A DNA stretch of 62,389 nucleotides, the filler included, from Basidiobolus ranarum (Eukaryota), in assembly GCA_040143965.1 (NCBI GenBank). It is 18 parts of 18 records of this genome, joined end to end, with 100 filler letters (N's around TTAATTAATTAA, not from the genome) between each part and the next. Parts side by side here need not be neighbours in the genome. Positions count along the whole stretch, not along the records: positions 59,028 to 62,389 come from JASJQH010009420.1; 17 more parts are not named here. One strand, given 5' to 3'. Shown here one piece after another: positions 59,650 to 62,389 of the stretch (position 1 is the first letter of the stretch; every line of letters begins with the position of its first letter). The position numbers and the translations under genes were made by a program. The notes below the pieces were generated by a model, which searched no databases, was not told the DNA's origin, and saw only the letters and a list, made by a program, of their open reading frames with translations.

Positions 59650-62389
59650 GTTGGTAAAAGTGATCTAATTGATATTTCAATCAATTAGAGCAATAACCAC
59701 ATGTTTTTCAATGACAGAATTGAGTGCTAAATACTCAGAATCTCGGTAAACTAACTACTAAATAATGAGTTGCTATTTACTTAATTTCTACATTGCTAAG
59801 ATTGGATTAAACTCTCCACTCCTCAACAATCAAAGCAGCTTCCTTTACGGTAAATGTTATGAGTGGACTAATGTTTGCCAATTACAAAGCATCTTTAACA
59901 AAACCATTGTTTTCTTCTTCAACTTCTGATATACTACCATCAGTACTGGAATAAGCAAGGTCAACATCTGGCAGGAAGTCCTCAAAGTTTTTGGGACTTA
60001 CCAGTTTGACCAAAGTTACATTTCTACCTACATTGTTCCAGTCATATAACTGTGGTAACTCCACTGTATCTTGACTTTTGGCAGTGTTACTAAAACTCTG
60101 GGGCAAAGTACAGTCAGTGAACTCAGTAGGCAAAATTAAAGTCCATTTTGTGTACTTATTTCTGTTGATATTCACCATGATTTGTGCAGCTGGTGGCCTT
60201 TTACAGTGATCATGCTTGTATTTATTTTTTCTATGAAACCTCTGGCTTTTGTAGCACAAGAATTTCTGACAATAATAGCAGGGCTTCTTTAAACATTTGT
60301 GTTACAGCATGAGAAGGATATTATAGAAAAATACACCTCCTACATTGGGGTGGTATTTAAGGTATAGCCCATCAATATTTTCAGCTGATTCTGAGACAAT
60401 GTTGCAGATGAATCATCAGGGGATTTACAAGATATTTTTGGTAATGACAGGCAATTTTGGTTTATTATAAGCTGTTTCTAAGCAATTTCATTACTCTAAG
60501 TTTATCATTGAAAAATTTCAATGCCATTCAAAAAGTGTTCAAAATCCAAATCCAAATCAGCTTCAAAGCCAAAATCTGCTTGCACCAAAGGAAAAAAACC
60601 AGCAAGAACAGAGGACTTAAGTGATGAGCAGTCTAGCAATCCACTATCTACTTTGGAAGTCATTAACATGACAGAAACTAACTCAAGCAATGATGAAGCA
60701 TGAATCAATTTACCAGATATGTTCCTTCCCATGGATAGTGTAAGTGAAGAGATTATAATTCTCAACTACATAGTTAACCAATAGTTGTGCAGAGTTCCCC
60801 AAAACACCATCAAGACCATCAACTTCCAAAATGGCCACTTTGCCAACTATTGAATAAACCTCTGTAGAAAATTTGGATAGAACTGTAACAACTAGGGAAT
60901 TACAGGTGGAACACCATAAGGATTTGTATGCCATCCTAAGTAAAAACTAAAAAGTTGCTATGAAGGCAATGACAAGCAGCAATGCTGAAATATGGCAATT
61001 AATGCATCATTTGGAAACAACTAGTCAACAGTTAGAGAGTCACTCAACAATGATACAAGACCTTCAGAATGCTGTACTTGAGCCATAGCAACATGCTGCT
61101 CTCTCCATCCATTCTCATCTGGGATTTCAATTGATCCAACACCATACATATGAACAACACTGTGACAATCTTGCAGAGCCAAATATGTGCTGAACCATTA
61201 AGCCCACAGAACAACCCAAAATAGCTTGGACACATGATAGTAGATATCTTATAGGAAAACCAGCAAACCAAAAGACTCTGAATGTTAGAGCTGCCATCAC
61301 TTGCTCCAATGATGAGTGGTTTAACATTTTGGAAACTGTATAGAAACTTGCCCAAATTCACCTGGATTTGAGCCACTTGTGGAAAAACCAAAAGCCAGAT
61401 GTTACTCCAAAGGTTGTTGACTTATTTAATGTGGCTTATCCTGGGTTTTTGCAGCAAATGACTATTGGGCTAGTAGAGGCTTGTTCATGAAAAATCTCCA
61501 ACATGCAAGCAATTATTGACTTAGAAAAGAAAGAAAAGCAGCTAAAGAAGCACTCAAAGAGCAGGAAGTTAGTAAACCAAAGGGAAAAGCAAAGGAGCTA
61601 GTGAGTTTAGGCTCTACTGTCCAACTTACCAAATTCTTCACATGATTACAAAGATCTGCATTTCCAGAGTCAGATTAACTGGCAAAAAAGCTTAATTTCA
61701 CCGTGGAACCAGGTATGCCAGTTGGAAGGGTCCTAAATTTGGAAGTTTGTCTAACCCCTGGCACCTCTCAACAAGCCAAAATTTCAGCAAATAAAACTCA
61801 TGGCTCTTCAACCTCAACTGGTACTTTTCAAAGTGTTGAAATGAGCCCCAAACTTAACGGCAAGCAAAAAGCCACACAAACACCACAAAGAACTCTCAGT
61901 GGTGTCACACTACAAGGACATATAAGTATAGTCAAAGTGCTTCAGGAGTATTTTCTAAAGTAGGAAGACAAAAATGCAGTGTAAGTATGCACAAAGTGGC
62001 TACAGAAGAAGAACAACCAAATTGATATTCTGTCTGGTGTTGACCATGCAGCTATCTGTAAAGAACTTAATGCAGAGTGGCACAATATTGCAGAGTATCT
62101 GCCAGATAGCTGGAAGAATGTTGATTCAGCTATGTTAATACAATGGTGGGCTTTGATGGAGATACTGATACAAACTCATGTTGGTGATGAGCTGAACCTT
62201 GGGTATGAAGAACTCTATAAAATTATTCAGGAGAATATATCAAAGAGACTAGGAATTTTGAAGGTGACAAATTAGCATTCAAGTGATAACTGTGTAAAAT
62301 TTGAATTAAATTTTTTGCACATGTGTTGATCAATAGTTCTCTGAGATTGTAGCCAATCATGCACAACTATTTTGTGAGATCTTGAAATT
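59650..62389 (+). mobile_element. Central part of the CACTA-like element: probable transposase N-terminus on the minus strand (~59650-60310) and ORF2 on the plus strand (60521-~62290)
   Basis: ORF2 starts MPFKKCSKSKSK and matches 16068-17292 and 18480-19340. The divergent minus-strand ORF starts with a Cys/His cluster. Confidence 0.7.

Overview
This window is not one locus. It is 18 small contigs (3379 down to 3362 bp, sorted by length) joined by 100-nt N linkers containing TTAATTAATTAA. The source is an AT-rich fungus with short GT-AG introns, probably early-diverging (Zoopagomycota/Mucoromycota-like; inferred). Host genes: ATP3 (complete, 3 introns), an ATRX-like SNF2 helicase, two tandem PMA1 H+-ATPases, a B-type cyclin, three clustered urate oxidases, a Cys-rich protein resembling insect Tha p 2, a trihelix/Myb-SANT gene with a premature stop, a 7TM (GprK-like) fragment and an orphan secreted protein. 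More than half of the sequence is decayed, strongly CpG-depleted transposon DNA: Copia, Gypsy, LINE, and a high-copy CACTA/EnSpm-type family. That family can be pieced together as two divergent ORFs with telomere-like CCCTAAC termini. The most notable item is a disrupted, truncated Fanzor1 (eukaryotic TnpB-like RNA-guided nuclease) N-terminal region at ~43565-44262, with no RuvC visible. All family assignments come from motifs recognised by eye and were not searched.
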